From Halorussus marinus (GTDB lineage Archaea; Halobacteriota; Halobacteria; Halobacteriales; Haladaptataceae), in contig NZ_SBIV01000008.1 of assembly GCF_004765795.1 (NCBI RefSeq), forward strand, positions 62,001-126,000: a stretch of 64,000 nucleotides of DNA, in the 5' to 3' direction. A program made the position numbers and the translations under genes. Shown here one piece after another: positions 8,492-18,069 of this stretch (positions are counted from its first letter, which is position 1; the number at the start of each line of letters is the position of its first letter). The notes under the pieces were generated by a model that saw only the letters and a program-made list of their open reading frames with translations, had not been told where the DNA came from and did no database searches.

Positions 8492-10750
8492 ATGATCGGC
8501 GCGCGACGGCTCGCGACGCTGGTCGCGGTGGTCGGACTGGTCGCGATCGCGGGCGCAGGCGCGTCGGGCGCCGGAACCGCCCAAGACGCGAACGCGACGA
8601 TCCAGACCGACTACTTCGCCATCAGCTACGAGGACGGGAACCGCGACGACGCCGAGGCGGTCGCCGAGTACGCCGACGCCTACTACGAGGTGCTGTTCCA
8701 GCGGTTCGGCGTCGAACCGGTCGACGAGAAGGTGCCGGTCCGGGTCGTCGACGACGTGGACTGCGAGTTGGGAGACGCCGAGGGCTGTTACAAGAGCGGG
8801 ATCAAGGCGACTATCTACGTCACCGACGACGACCGGTCGGTGTTCTACCACGAGTTGGCCCACCGGTTCCAGGCCAAATCGATGGAGGGAGCCACCTGGA
8901 TAAACCCGCCGGGAGCCCTCGACAAACACGAGGTGTTCGTCGAGGGCACCGCCCGCTACCTCGGCGCGTCGCCCGAGGAGATAGCCGAGCGCGCGTCGTT
9001 CCGCGCCGAAGACGTTCCGATGACGACCAAGAAGGCGACGTTCGACGAGTACGACGACCTCGCGCTGTTCGCGGAGTTCGTGCTCCACGAGTACGGTCGA
9101 GGGGGGTTCGACGTGCTGTACACCGCCTCCGACCCCCGCGAGGTCGCTAGCCTGTCCGACGGCGACTACCCCGAACTCATCGAGGAGTTCTACGATCAGC
9201 TCCCCGAACAGCAGTCCCGAATGGAGGACGGCGGAGCCCCGCTGGTCGGGTTCACCTACGACCCGTTCCTGCCAGAGCCCGGCCAAGAGGTCACGTTCGA
9301 CGCGCGGACGCCCGCCGCGATAGAGGAGTTGGGCCGGTCGTGGTACGACGGCGAGGCCGACTCGTACGAGTGGGACTTCGACGGCGACGGTCAGATCGAG
9401 GCGACCGGGCCGACCGTCACCCGGACCGTCGACGATCCCGCGAACGCGACGGTCACGCTGTACGTCACGGTCGACGGCGAGCGACGCCGGGCCGAACAGG
9501 ATCTACTCGACGCCAGCATGGGTCTCGATCGGACCGCGCGCGAATCCGTCTTCGACGTGTCCGACGTGGAGCGCGGGGCGGGACTCACCTACCCCGCCGA
9601 CCGCGACGCCGACCATCGCGCGTTTGCTGGCGCGACGGTGTCGCTGAACCTGACCGTTCACAACCGTGGGATCGCGGGGACCGAGACCGTCGACGTGCGC
9701 TTCGCGGACCGGCAAGTCAGCTCACAGCGCCTCGCCCTCGACGCCGGCGAGACCCGCCAGATCTCTCTCGACCACGCGATCCCGGCCGATCTGGAACCCG
9801 GCACCTACGACTACGAGATCGCGTTCGGCAATCGGACCCAGACCCAAACCGTGTACGTCCGAGAGCCGGAGGTCTCGCTGGAGGTGGATTCGGTCTCGGT
9901 GCCGAACGGGACCGAGGGCTGGATCGAGAACGAGCTGGTCAAGCCGGGCAAGCGAGTGTCGGTCCGCGCGGAGATCAGCGCCGGCGGGGAGAACCTGAAC
10001 CTCACCCGGACGGTCGCGCTTCGGGTCGACGATCGGACGGTCGCCAGTCGAACCGTGACCGTCGGGTCGGGAACGAGCGGCGTCCGGTTCAACTTCACCG
10101 CGCCGTCCGAACTCGGAACCTACCGGATCCGGGCGACGACGCCGTCGAACGACAGCGCCGTCACGATCAGCGGGTACGCACCGCGGCTCAAAGTGAAAGA
10201 GGAGATCGGAGTCGCGGAGATCGAGATCGAGTCCAAGGCCGGGGCGTGTTCGGCGACCGTCACGTCCGTCTCGATCTCCCGCGTCTACTCGGCGGAGTCC
10301 GGGTCGGTAGAGTACGAGAACGTGTCGGCGATCAACCCCGGCGACGACGTGACATGGATCATCGATCTGATGCCCGCCGAGGAGTGTGGCGGCGTGTTCC
10401 ACCTTCCGTTGAATGTCTCGGGCGAGACGAAGTCCGTCCCCGGGAGCGTCCGGGGTCCGATGGAGGTCTACGTCGACCCGACGTTCTCCTTGGAGGAACC
10501 GGGCGAACACGAGGTTCGATCCGGAGACACCGTGCTCGACACCGTGAACGTCACCGCCGAGTCGGCGTCGACCGAGACGACTCGATCCGACGAGAGCGAC
10601 TCCGACGACGGGGTCGAGTCCGACGAGACGGACGCCGAACGCGACGGGGCGGGTCCCGATCAGTCGACCGGTACGCCCGGGTTCGGCGTCGTCGCCGCGG
10701 TGGTCGCGCTCGTCGCCGCCGCCGCGCTGGGGAGTCGCCGCGAGCGGTAG
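8492..10750 (+). CDS. Secreted HExxH (zincin/peptidase MA-like) protein with PKD and Ig-like (CARDB) domains and a PGF-CTERM anchor
   Basis: Signal peptide; 'FYHELAH...FVEGTARY'; PKD motif 'SYEWDFDGDG'; C-terminal TPGFG, TM segment and RRER. Confidence 0.8.
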   Translation: MIGARRLATLVAVVGLVAIAGAGASGAGTAQDANATIQTDYFAISYEDGNRDDAEAVAEYADAYYEVLFQRFGVEPVDEKVPVRVVDDVDCELGDAEGCYKSGIKATIYVTDDDRSVFYHELAHRFQAKSMEGATWINPPGALDKHEVFVEGTARYLGASPEEIAERASFRAEDVPMTTKKATFDEYDDLALFAEFVLHEYGRGGFDVLYTASDPREVASLSDGDYPELIEEFYDQLPEQQSRMEDGGAPLVGFTYDPFLPEPGQEVTFDARTPAAIEELGRSWYDGEADSYEWDFDGDGQIEATGPTVTRTVDDPANATVTLYVTVDGERRRAEQDLLDASMGLDRTARESVFDVSDVERGAGLTYPADRDADHRAFAGATVSLNLTVHNRGIAGTETVDVRFADRQVSSQRLALDAGETRQISLDHAIPADLEPGTYDYEIAFGNRTQTQTVYVREPEVSLEVDSVSVPNGTEGWIENELVKPGKRVSVRAEISAGGENLNLTRTVALRVDDRTVASRTVTVGSGTSGVRFNFTAPSELGTYRIRATTPSNDSAVTISGYAPRLKVKEEIGVAEIEIESKAGACSATVTSVSISRVYSAESGSVEYENVSAINPGDDVTWIIDLMPAEECGGVFHLPLNVSGETKSVPGSVRGPMEVYVDPTFSLEEPGEHEVRSGDTVLDTVNVTAESASTETTRSDESDSDDGVESDETDAERDGAGPDQSTGTPGFGVVAAVVALVAAAALGSRRER

Positions 10751-10751
10751 C

Positions 10752-11363
10752 TCACTCGTCGGCGCGCTCGGCCACCAGCACGCCGACCTGATCGTGGACG
10801 CGCTCGACCGCGGTCAGCGAGAACCCCGCGTCGGTGAGCGCGTCCGCGAGGTGGCCCACCGTCGAGGGGTCGTCGACCTCGGGGCTGTAGAAGGGCTCGT
10901 CGGGGTCGGGCTCGCCGAAGAACATCACGTCGCCGAGCACGAACCTCCGGGGCCCGAGGTCGGCGACGGCCTCGATCGCCTCGCGTTTCTCCTCGTCGCC
11001 GAGGTGGTGCATCGCGAAGTTCGAGACCACCACGTCGGCGGCCTCAACGTTTGGCTCCCGGAACCGGCCCTCGGCGAAGTCGACGTTCTCGATTCCGCGC
11101 TCGTCGGCCTTCTCGCGGGCGCGCTCCATCATCCCGTCGCTGATGTCCCGACCGACGACCTCGCCGGCGTCCCCGGCCAGCGCCAGCGCGATGGCGCCGG
11201 TGCCGGTGCCCAGATCCGCCACGACGTCGTCCGGTCGCGGGTCGGCGTGCTCGACGACCAGCGAGACGCAGGCGCGGTACTCCTCGGTGTCGTTCTGGCT
11301 GTCGTCGTACTCGCCGGCGATCTCGTCGAACCGGGCCGCGTGGGTCTCAATGCTCTTTTTCAT
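10752..11363 (-). CDS. Class I SAM-dependent methyltransferase
   Basis: Motifs 'VADLGTGTG', 'GRDISDGM' and 'SNFAMHHL'. Confidence 0.9.
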   Translation of the reverse strand: MKKSIETHAARFDEIAGEYDDSQNDTEEYRACVSLVVEHADPRPDDVVADLGTGTGAIALALAGDAGEVVGRDISDGMMERAREKADERGIENVDFAEGRFREPNVEAADVVVSNFAMHHLGDEEKREAIEAVADLGPRRFVLGDVMFFGEPDPDEPFYSPEVDDPSTVGHLADALTDAGFSLTAVERVHDQVGVLVAERADE

Positions 11364-12054
11364 ACCTGCCGCGTTTGACCCCCGGCGCTATGAAGTCGTC
11401 GGAGAGTCGCTCGCGGTTGCGCTCGGCGAGCCGACCCCACTCTTCGAGGCCCGCCCGAATCTGGTCCTCGGGGAACCCGACGGTCTTCCCGACCGCGACG
11501 AGTTCGCGGGGCGCCCGGAGCTGGAGGTGGCTCGTCGGGCCCGCGCTGACGACGAACGGCGCGTCGTAGTAGGTCACGATCTCCCGGAGCTTCCGGAGAT
11601 CCTGTAGAGCCTGCACCCGGCGGCCGCCGTCGGCCCGGAGTACCCGCGAGAGGTCGAACTCCACGCGGACCCCGTGGTCGGCGGCCGCCTTCGCGAGGAC
11701 GTGGTTGAAGTCCCCGCGATCGGCCATCGGGTGGGCGAGCACGTCCACCCGGTCGTGTTCGACCGCGAAGCGGTTGAGCGCGGTCGTCCCGCCGTGGACC
11801 GCCAGCACGGTGTGTTTCGGCCGGTAGTTGCCGAGGTGGCCGGCCGCGACCTCGGGGTTGTCCGCCCGGATCTCGACCGCGTCGACCACGTCCACGCCGT
11901 ACTCACCGGCGACCCGCTCGGGGTCGTAGTCGGCGAGCGCGTCGCTGTGGTTGCACACCACGACGCCGTCGAAGCCGTAGTCGGCGGCGGTGGCCGCGAG
12001 GCGCGAGACCGTGCTGTCCCCGTCGGGGTGGGCGTAGACGCCCTCGTAGATCAT
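11347..12054 (-). CDS. rnp3: RNase P protein component 3 (Rpp30)
   Basis: Motifs 'NRFAVEHDRVDVLAHP', 'FNHVLAKAA', 'SHLQLRAPREL'; located near rnp2/psmA. Confidence 0.9.
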   Translation of the reverse strand: MIYEGVYAHPDGDSTVSRLAATAADYGFDGVVVCNHSDALADYDPERVAGEYGVDVVDAVEIRADNPEVAAGHLGNYRPKHTVLAVHGGTTALNRFAVEHDRVDVLAHPMADRGDFNHVLAKAAADHGVRVEFDLSRVLRADGGRRVQALQDLRKLREIVTYYDAPFVVSAGPTSHLQLRAPRELVAVGKTVGFPEDQIRAGLEEWGRLAERNRERLSDDFIAPGVKRGRYEKEH

Positions 12055-12196
12055 CCTCTGTCGGTTCGTACTCGGGGGCGGGGCTTGGATGTTGTCTTTC
12101 CCCGATCGGCGGCGGTGTCTCCCCCGATCGGGGTCGGGGGTGTCCGACTCGCCGACCGGAACTGCCGACTCTCGACGGCCCGGTCGCGCGGACCGC

Positions 12197-12526
12197 TCAG
12201 AACTGGTATCGCCGGTCGTCTTTCTGCTGTTGCTGGGGGAACTGATCGGCGCCGGTCATCTCGTCGAAGGTCATCCCCGAGAGGTACTCGTCGTAGGTCG
12301 TGTCGTAGGCGCTCCGGAGGTGGAAGTCGAGGTTCCCGGTCTCGACCGCGGTCTGGAACAGCATGTGGACCGCCCGCCGGAGGAGTTCGTCGGTGTCGTC
12401 CGGGTCGAACGCGGCGTTCAGCATCGCGAGCTCGTTTCTTGTCTCGCGGTCGAGCGCGACCCCGACCTCGTCGCCGAGGTCGGCGTACTCGCCTTCGAGT
12501 TCGTCCTGAAGGTCGTCGAGACTCAT
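12197..12526 (-). CDS. Conserved haloarchaeal hypothetical protein
   Basis: Acidic 109-aa product from ATG 12526 (MSLDDLQDEL...GNLDFHLRSAYDTTYDEYLSGM) with haloarchaeal codon usage. Confidence 0.7.
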   Translation of the reverse strand: MSLDDLQDELEGEYADLGDEVGVALDRETRNELAMLNAAFDPDDTDELLRRAVHMLFQTAVETGNLDFHLRSAYDTTYDEYLSGMTFDEMTGADQFPQQQQKDDRRYQF

Positions 12527-12648
12527 GCCCGAAGCGTCGGGCGCCGGCGGGAAACGCCTTTCGACCCGGTCGAACCGTCCGCGAAGGGCGTTCGGACCGA
12601 GACGGGCACCACGACTAAGTCCGGCGTGGTCGTTCGGTAGAGTGCTGG

Positions 12649-15000
12649 ATGGCCCCCGAGCTGGCACTCGTCGCCACTGCGGTCGCGCTGCCGTTCGTCG
12701 CTTCCGGAGCCACGCCGCTGGTCTATCGGCTCGTCGGAGCCCGGACCGGCTACTTCGGCGCGGCGGTCGCGATCGCGTGTTTCGCGCTCGCTGGGTCGCA
12801 ACTCGGCCGCCGCGGGGCGGTCGGCGTGCCGTGGGTCCCCTCGATGGACGTCTCGTTGCGGTTCTACGTCGACGGCTGGGCGGTGCTGTTCGCACTGCTC
12901 GCGAGCGCCATCGGGGCGCTCGTGTTCGTCTACTCCGCGAGCTACATGGCCGACGAGCACACCCTCGCGCGGTACTACGCGACCCTGCTCGCCTTTATGG
13001 GTTCGATCCTCGGGGTCGCGTTCGCGGCCGACCTGCTCGCGGTCTTCCTGTTCTGGGAGCTGACGAGCCTCTGTTCGTTCGTGCTGATCGGCCACCACAC
13101 CGACGAGGCCGACTCGCGGTACGCCGCCCGGATGGCGATGATCGTGACCGTCGGCGGCGGGCTCTTCTTGCTCGTCGGGATCGCGTTCCTGTCGATCGCG
13201 GCGACCGAGGCGCTTGGCGCCCGGTCGTTCGACCTCGCGGCGATGCTCGCGAACGCCGACGCGATGGAGTCGTCGCTCCGGGAACTGGGACTGTTCGTCC
13301 CCACCCTCGCGGTCGTCGCCGTCGCCGCCGGCGCCAAATCCGCCCAGGTACCGCTTCACTTCTGGCTCCCGAACGCGATGGCGGCGCCGACGCCGGTCTC
13401 GGCGTTCCTCCACTCGGCGACCATGGTGAAGGTCGGCGTCTACTTCGTCGGCCGGCTCCGGCCGCTACTCGGCGGCGACGAGTGGATGGTCCTGTTCGCG
13501 ACGGTCGGGCTCGCGACGATGACCGCGGGCGCGGCGCTCGCGGTCGTGGCGACCGACATCAAGGAACTGCTCGCCTACTCGACCGCGAGCCACCTCGGGC
13601 TGATGGTGGCCGGGTTCGGGTTCCAGTCGGTCTACGGCGCGGAGGCCGGGGCCTTCCACCTTTTCAACCACGCGCTGTTCAAGGCGGCGCTGTTCCTGGT
13701 GGCCGGGATCGTGGCCCACGAGGTCGGCACCCGTCGGCTGGCCGGACTGAGCGGGCTCTGGCGGGACCTACCGGTGACCGCCGCGGTTGCGGGCGTGACC
13801 GGACTCAGCATGGCCGGCATCCCGCCGTTCAGCGGCTTCTACTCGAAGGAGCTCCTCTTCGAGGCCGCCTACGAGGCGGCCCACGCCGCGGGCGGGCTCG
13901 CGTGGCTCTACCCCGCGGTCGCGGTGTTCGCGAGCGTGCTCACGGTGCTGTACTCGCTTCGCTTGCTCGCCATCTTCGTCGGCGAGCGACCTGGCGCGGT
14001 CGCGTCGGTCCATCGGCCGTCGGCCGCGCTGGTGGCGCCGCCGGCCGTGCTCGGGGTCGCGACCGCGGTCGTCAGCGTCGCGCCCCAGCTCGCGGTCGAC
14101 GCCGTCGTCGAGGCGGCGATCGGCGCGACCGCCGCCGAGAGCCCCGACGTCCACGTCGGCCTCCCGACCCACCTCACTCCGCCGGTCGCCATGTCGGCGG
14201 TCACGATCGTCGCCGGCGCGGCCGCTTACCCCGTTCTCGGCCGGCTCCAGCGGGCGATCGGCGCAGTCGTCGGGGCGACGCCGATCGCGCGGCCCAACTG
14301 GTGGTACGACCGACTGCTGTCTGGGACCGAGGCCGCCGGCCCGCGGGTGGCCCGCACCGTCCACAACGGACTGCTCCGGACGTACGTCGTGTGGGTCCTC
14401 GCGGCCGCGAGCGCGCTCGCGCTGGCGGGCTACGCCGCGACGACGGGGCTGGTCCCCGCGGTCGAGGGAGTCCGGGTCACGCCCGGGATCACGCTCGTGT
14501 TGCTCGTGGCGGTCGTCGCCGCGGTCGCGGTGGTCTCGGCGCCCTCCCACGTCGTCGGGGTGCTCGCGCTATCGATACTCGGGTTCATGGTCGCGATCTT
14601 CTACATCCTCGCGAGCGCGCCCGACCTCGCGCTGACCCAGCTCGTCGTCGAGACGCTCGTGTTGCTCATCTTCTTGCTCGTGCTCGAACAGCTACCCGCC
14701 TTCTACGCCGACACCGACCGGCTGGTCGCCGCCCGCGACGCCGTCCTGTCGGTCGTCGTCGGGGCGACCGCGTTCCTGACGGTGATGCTCGCGAGCCCCG
14801 ACATCGGGGCCGAGCCGACGGCGATCGCCCGGTTCTACGCCACCGAGGCGGTCCCGGCGGGCGGCGGGACCAACGTCGTCAACGTGATCCTCGTCGACTT
14901 CCGGGGGTTCGACACGCTCGGGGAACTGTTCGTGGTCTCGATCGCGGCGATGTCGGTCGTCGTGCTGATCGCGATGCGAAACCGGGGTGAGACGCGGTGA
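12649..15000 (+). CDS. mrpA: Mrp/Mnh Na+/H+ antiporter subunit A
   Basis: NuoL-like motifs FWELTS, AKSAQVPLHFWLP, FLHSATMVK; C-terminal 'NVVNVILVDFRGFDTLGE'. Confidence 0.93.
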   Translation: MAPELALVATAVALPFVASGATPLVYRLVGARTGYFGAAVAIACFALAGSQLGRRGAVGVPWVPSMDVSLRFYVDGWAVLFALLASAIGALVFVYSASYMADEHTLARYYATLLAFMGSILGVAFAADLLAVFLFWELTSLCSFVLIGHHTDEADSRYAARMAMIVTVGGGLFLLVGIAFLSIAATEALGARSFDLAAMLANADAMESSLRELGLFVPTLAVVAVAAGAKSAQVPLHFWLPNAMAAPTPVSAFLHSATMVKVGVYFVGRLRPLLGGDEWMVLFATVGLATMTAGAALAVVATDIKELLAYSTASHLGLMVAGFGFQSVYGAEAGAFHLFNHALFKAALFLVAGIVAHEVGTRRLAGLSGLWRDLPVTAAVAGVTGLSMAGIPPFSGFYSKELLFEAAYEAAHAAGGLAWLYPAVAVFASVLTVLYSLRLLAIFVGERPGAVASVHRPSAALVAPPAVLGVATAVVSVAPQLAVDAVVEAAIGATAAESPDVHVGLPTHLTPPVAMSAVTIVAGAAAYPVLGRLQRAIGAVVGATPIARPNWWYDRLLSGTEAAGPRVARTVHNGLLRTYVVWVLAAASALALAGYAATTGLVPAVEGVRVTPGITLVLLVAVVAAVAVVSAPSHVVGVLALSILGFMVAIFYILASAPDLALTQLVVETLVLLIFLLVLEQLPAFYADTDRLVAARDAVLSVVVGATAFLTVMLASPDIGAEPTAIARFYATEAVPAGGGTNVVNVILVDFRGFDTLGELFVVSIAAMSVVVLIAMRNRGETR

Positions 15001-15461
15001 CGACGGTGATCATGAAGACGACCGCCCGGATCATGGTGCCGATCATCCTCGTGCTCGCGATCTCGCTGCTGTTGCAGGGCCACAACCTCCCCGGCGGCGG
15101 GTTCATCGCGGGGGTGTTGACCACGGTCGCGTTCGCGCTGGTGTACGTCGCCTACGGGCTCGATTACCTCGACGCCGGCGTGCTCGGTCGGGACGTCGAG
15201 CCGGGCCGCGGGATCTTCGAGCACCGGTCGGTGACCGCGTTCCGCCGGACGTTCATCTTGGGGCTGGCGATCGCGGTCGCGAGCGGGCTCGGGGCGCTCG
15301 CGTTCGACGAGCCGTTCCTCTCCCAGACGTTCGTGATCGTCGAGTCGATCCCGATCTACCACGAGATCGAGGTCGCGAGCGCGCTCGCGTTCGACCTCGG
15401 GGTCTACTGCGTCGTCGTGGGCGTGCTCCTGACGATCCTCTCGGTGGTGGGAGCCGAATGA
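14997..15461 (+). CDS. mrpB: Mrp antiporter subunit B
   Basis: Motifs 'GHNLPGGGFIAG' and 'FDLGVY'; GTGA overlap with mrpA. Confidence 0.92.
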   Translation: MTTVIMKTTARIMVPIILVLAISLLLQGHNLPGGGFIAGVLTTVAFALVYVAYGLDYLDAGVLGRDVEPGRGIFEHRSVTAFRRTFILGLAIAVASGLGALAFDEPFLSQTFVIVESIPIYHEIEVASALAFDLGVYCVVVGVLLTILSVVGAE

Positions 15462-15498
15462 TCGCTACCGCCGACCCCGTCGACGGAGGTGTGGGACC

Positions 15499-15840
15499 GT
15501 GAGCGTCGCGCTCGCGTTCGTCGTCGGCGGGCTGTTCGGGCTCGGGACCTTCCTGTTGCTCCGCCGGGACCTCGTCCGGGTGGTGTGGGGCGTCGCGGTG
15601 GTCTCGCAGGCCGCCAACGTCTATCTGATCTCGATGGGCGGGGTCGCCCCGGGCACCCACGACTCGGTGCCGGTGCTGGCGGGCCACGGCGAGCCGGTGC
15701 CCGAGACCACCGACCCGCTGGTTCAGGCGCTGGTCCTGACCGCGATCGTCATCAGCTTCGGCACGACCGCGTTCGCGCTCGCGCTGACCTACCGGGCCTA
15801 CGAGGAAAACGAGACGATGGACGTCCAGGAGTGGCAGTGA
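15499..15840 (+). CDS. mrpC: Mrp antiporter subunit C
   Basis: Motif 'DPLVQALVLTAIVISF'. Confidence 0.93.
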   Translation: MSVALAFVVGGLFGLGTFLLLRRDLVRVVWGVAVVSQAANVYLISMGGVAPGTHDSVPVLAGHGEPVPETTDPLVQALVLTAIVISFGTTAFALALTYRAYEENETMDVQEWQ

Positions 15841-15841
15841 G

Positions 15842-17449
15842 ATGACCGACCAGCTCGTCGCCGCGCCGATGCTCGTCGTGTTGACGACGATCGTGGCCCT
15901 GCTCGGGCTCCGCCGGTGGCCCCGGGTCCAGCGGTCCGCGAGCGTCGGCGGCGGTCTCGCGTACGCGCTCGCGGTCGGCGCGGTCGCGTGGAGCGTCGTC
16001 CTCGCGCCCGACGCGCCCGGCGCGGCGGCCTATCAGGTCGGCGGGTGGGTCGCGCCGTTCGGCGTCACGCTGGTGGTCGACGCCCTGTCGGCGTTCATGC
16101 TCGCGATCGCGGCGGCCGTCGGGCTCTCGGCTGCGGTCTTCTCGGTGCTGTACGTCGACCGCGCGAACCAGCGCGTGTTCTACCACGTCCTGTTTCACTG
16201 CCTGTTGCTCGGCGTTACCGGGGCGTTTCTCACCGGCGACCTGTTCAATCTCTTCGTCTGGTTCGAGGTGATGTTGCTGGCGAGCTACGTGTTCGTCGCG
16301 TTCTACGGCGGGCCCGAACACACCGCGGCGGGGTTCCGGTATCTCGTGCTCAACGTCGTCGGGAGCGCGCTGTTGTTGCTCTCGGTCGGCGGGCTGTACG
16401 CGGTCACCGGCACGCTCAACATGGCCGACGTGTCGCGGCGGATGGCCGCCCCGGGCGCCTACGGCGTCGATCCCGCGCCCGCGGTCGGGCTGGCGGCGCT
16501 CGCGCTGGTGACGTTCGGACTCAAGGCCGGACTGGTGCCGTTCCAGTTCTGGGTCCCCGGGGCATACCGGTCGGCGCCGCTACCGGTGACCGCGATGCTC
16601 GCCGGCGTGACGAAGAAAGTCGGGATGTACGCGATCGTCAGGGTCTACTTCACCGTGTTCGGCGGGGCGACCGTCGGGCCCTCGATCGCGGGCGTCGCCG
16701 GCTCGTCGCCGCTGTCGTTTCTCGCGCCGGTGTTGCTGGCGATGGGCATCGCCAGCATCCTCGTCGGCGGGGTCGGCGCCGTCGTCCGGGACACGATCGA
16801 GGAGACCCTCGCGTACTCGAGCGTCGCCCAGATCGGGTTCGTCGCGGTCCCGGTCGGGCTCGCGGCCGCCGCGCCGCCGGGGTCGCTCCGCCGGCTCGGG
16901 CTCGCGGCCGCGCTGGTGTACGCGCTCCACCACGCGCTTGCCAAGCCGCTGCTCTTTCTCGCGACCGCCGCGATCCGGAGCGCCACCGGCACCAACCGGC
17001 TGGCCGACCTCGGCGGGCTCGGCGGGCGCGCGCCGGTCCTGTCGGCGTGTTTCTTCCTCGCGAGCCTCTCGCTCGTCGGAATCCCGCCGCTGACGGGCTT
17101 TTTCGGGAAGTTCCTCGTGTTCGACGCCGCGGCTCGGCGGTTCGCGACCGCGCCGGGCCCGCTCGGGGCGATCGTCCTGATCGCCTTACTCGCCGGCGCC
17201 GTGCTCACCATCCTCTACACGACGCGGATCTGGACCGCGAGCTTCTGGGGCGAGCGGACCCCCGCGGTCGAGGACGCCGGCGTCGACCCGCGCCAGACCG
17301 CGGTGCTCGCGGCGCTCGCGCTCGCGATCGTCGGGGTCGGGATCTGGTTCGATCCGGTCTTCGAGTTCGCGGGCGCGGCCGCCGACGCGGCGCTCGACCG
17401 CGAGGGGTACGTCGACCTCGTCGCGCCGACGGGAGGTGAGGACGCGTGA
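15842..17449 (+). CDS. mrpD: Mrp antiporter subunit D
   Basis: Motifs 'GDLFNLFVWFEVML', 'LKAGLVPFQFW' and 'GIPPLTGFFGK'. Confidence 0.93.
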   Translation: MTDQLVAAPMLVVLTTIVALLGLRRWPRVQRSASVGGGLAYALAVGAVAWSVVLAPDAPGAAAYQVGGWVAPFGVTLVVDALSAFMLAIAAAVGLSAAVFSVLYVDRANQRVFYHVLFHCLLLGVTGAFLTGDLFNLFVWFEVMLLASYVFVAFYGGPEHTAAGFRYLVLNVVGSALLLLSVGGLYAVTGTLNMADVSRRMAAPGAYGVDPAPAVGLAALALVTFGLKAGLVPFQFWVPGAYRSAPLPVTAMLAGVTKKVGMYAIVRVYFTVFGGATVGPSIAGVAGSSPLSFLAPVLLAMGIASILVGGVGAVVRDTIEETLAYSSVAQIGFVAVPVGLAAAAPPGSLRRLGLAAALVYALHHALAKPLLFLATAAIRSATGTNRLADLGGLGGRAPVLSACFFLASLSLVGIPPLTGFFGKFLVFDAAARRFATAPGPLGAIVLIALLAGAVLTILYTTRIWTASFWGERTPAVEDAGVDPRQTAVLAALALAIVGVGIWFDPVFEFAGAAADAALDREGYVDLVAPTGGEDA

Positions 17450-18069
17450 TCCGTCGCTGGCTGGTCGCCGGGGTGGCGTTCGGGGTGCTGTGGCTGTTCG
17501 TGCGCGGCGTCGAGCTCACCGTCGACGCCGTCGCCGGCGAGTTCCTGATCGGGATCGCCGTCGGCCTGCCGGTCGCGTACCTGTTCCGCCGGCTCTACTC
17601 CGAGGGGATCGACCTCGGGGCGGCCGTCCAGTCGATCCCGTACGCGGTCCTGTACGCCATCGTGTTCGTCCGGGAGATCGTCGTCGCCAACTTCGACGTC
17701 GCCTACCGGGTGCTCGCGCCCGGGGACCAGATCGAACCGCAGGTGATCTTCGTGCCCCTGCGGGTCGAGACCGACCTCGGCGTGACGACGATCGCAAACA
17801 GCATCACCATCACGCCCGGCACGCTCACGCTGGACCACGATCAGGAGGAGAACGCGCTGTACGTCCACGTCATCGACGGCCGAGACGTGGGAGCCATCGT
17901 CGACCCGATCCGGACGTGGGAGGACTACGCGCTGGTGATATTCGACGAGGAGCGGTCGCCGGCCGACCCCGCGCCGGCGGTGTCGGTCCACCCGGAGGAC
18001 CGGAACCCGCCCCGGCCCGCAGACCACCCCGAGGTGCCCGACGAAGGAGGTGGCGACGGTGGCCGCTGA
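17446..18069 (+). CDS. mrpE: Mrp antiporter subunit E
   Basis: Motifs 'ANSITITPGTLTL' and 'LYVHVID'. Confidence 0.92.
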   Translation: MIRRWLVAGVAFGVLWLFVRGVELTVDAVAGEFLIGIAVGLPVAYLFRRLYSEGIDLGAAVQSIPYAVLYAIVFVREIVVANFDVAYRVLAPGDQIEPQVIFVPLRVETDLGVTTIANSITITPGTLTLDHDQEENALYVHVIDGRDVGAIVDPIRTWEDYALVIFDEERSPADPAPAVSVHPEDRNPPRPADHPEVPDEGGGDGGR

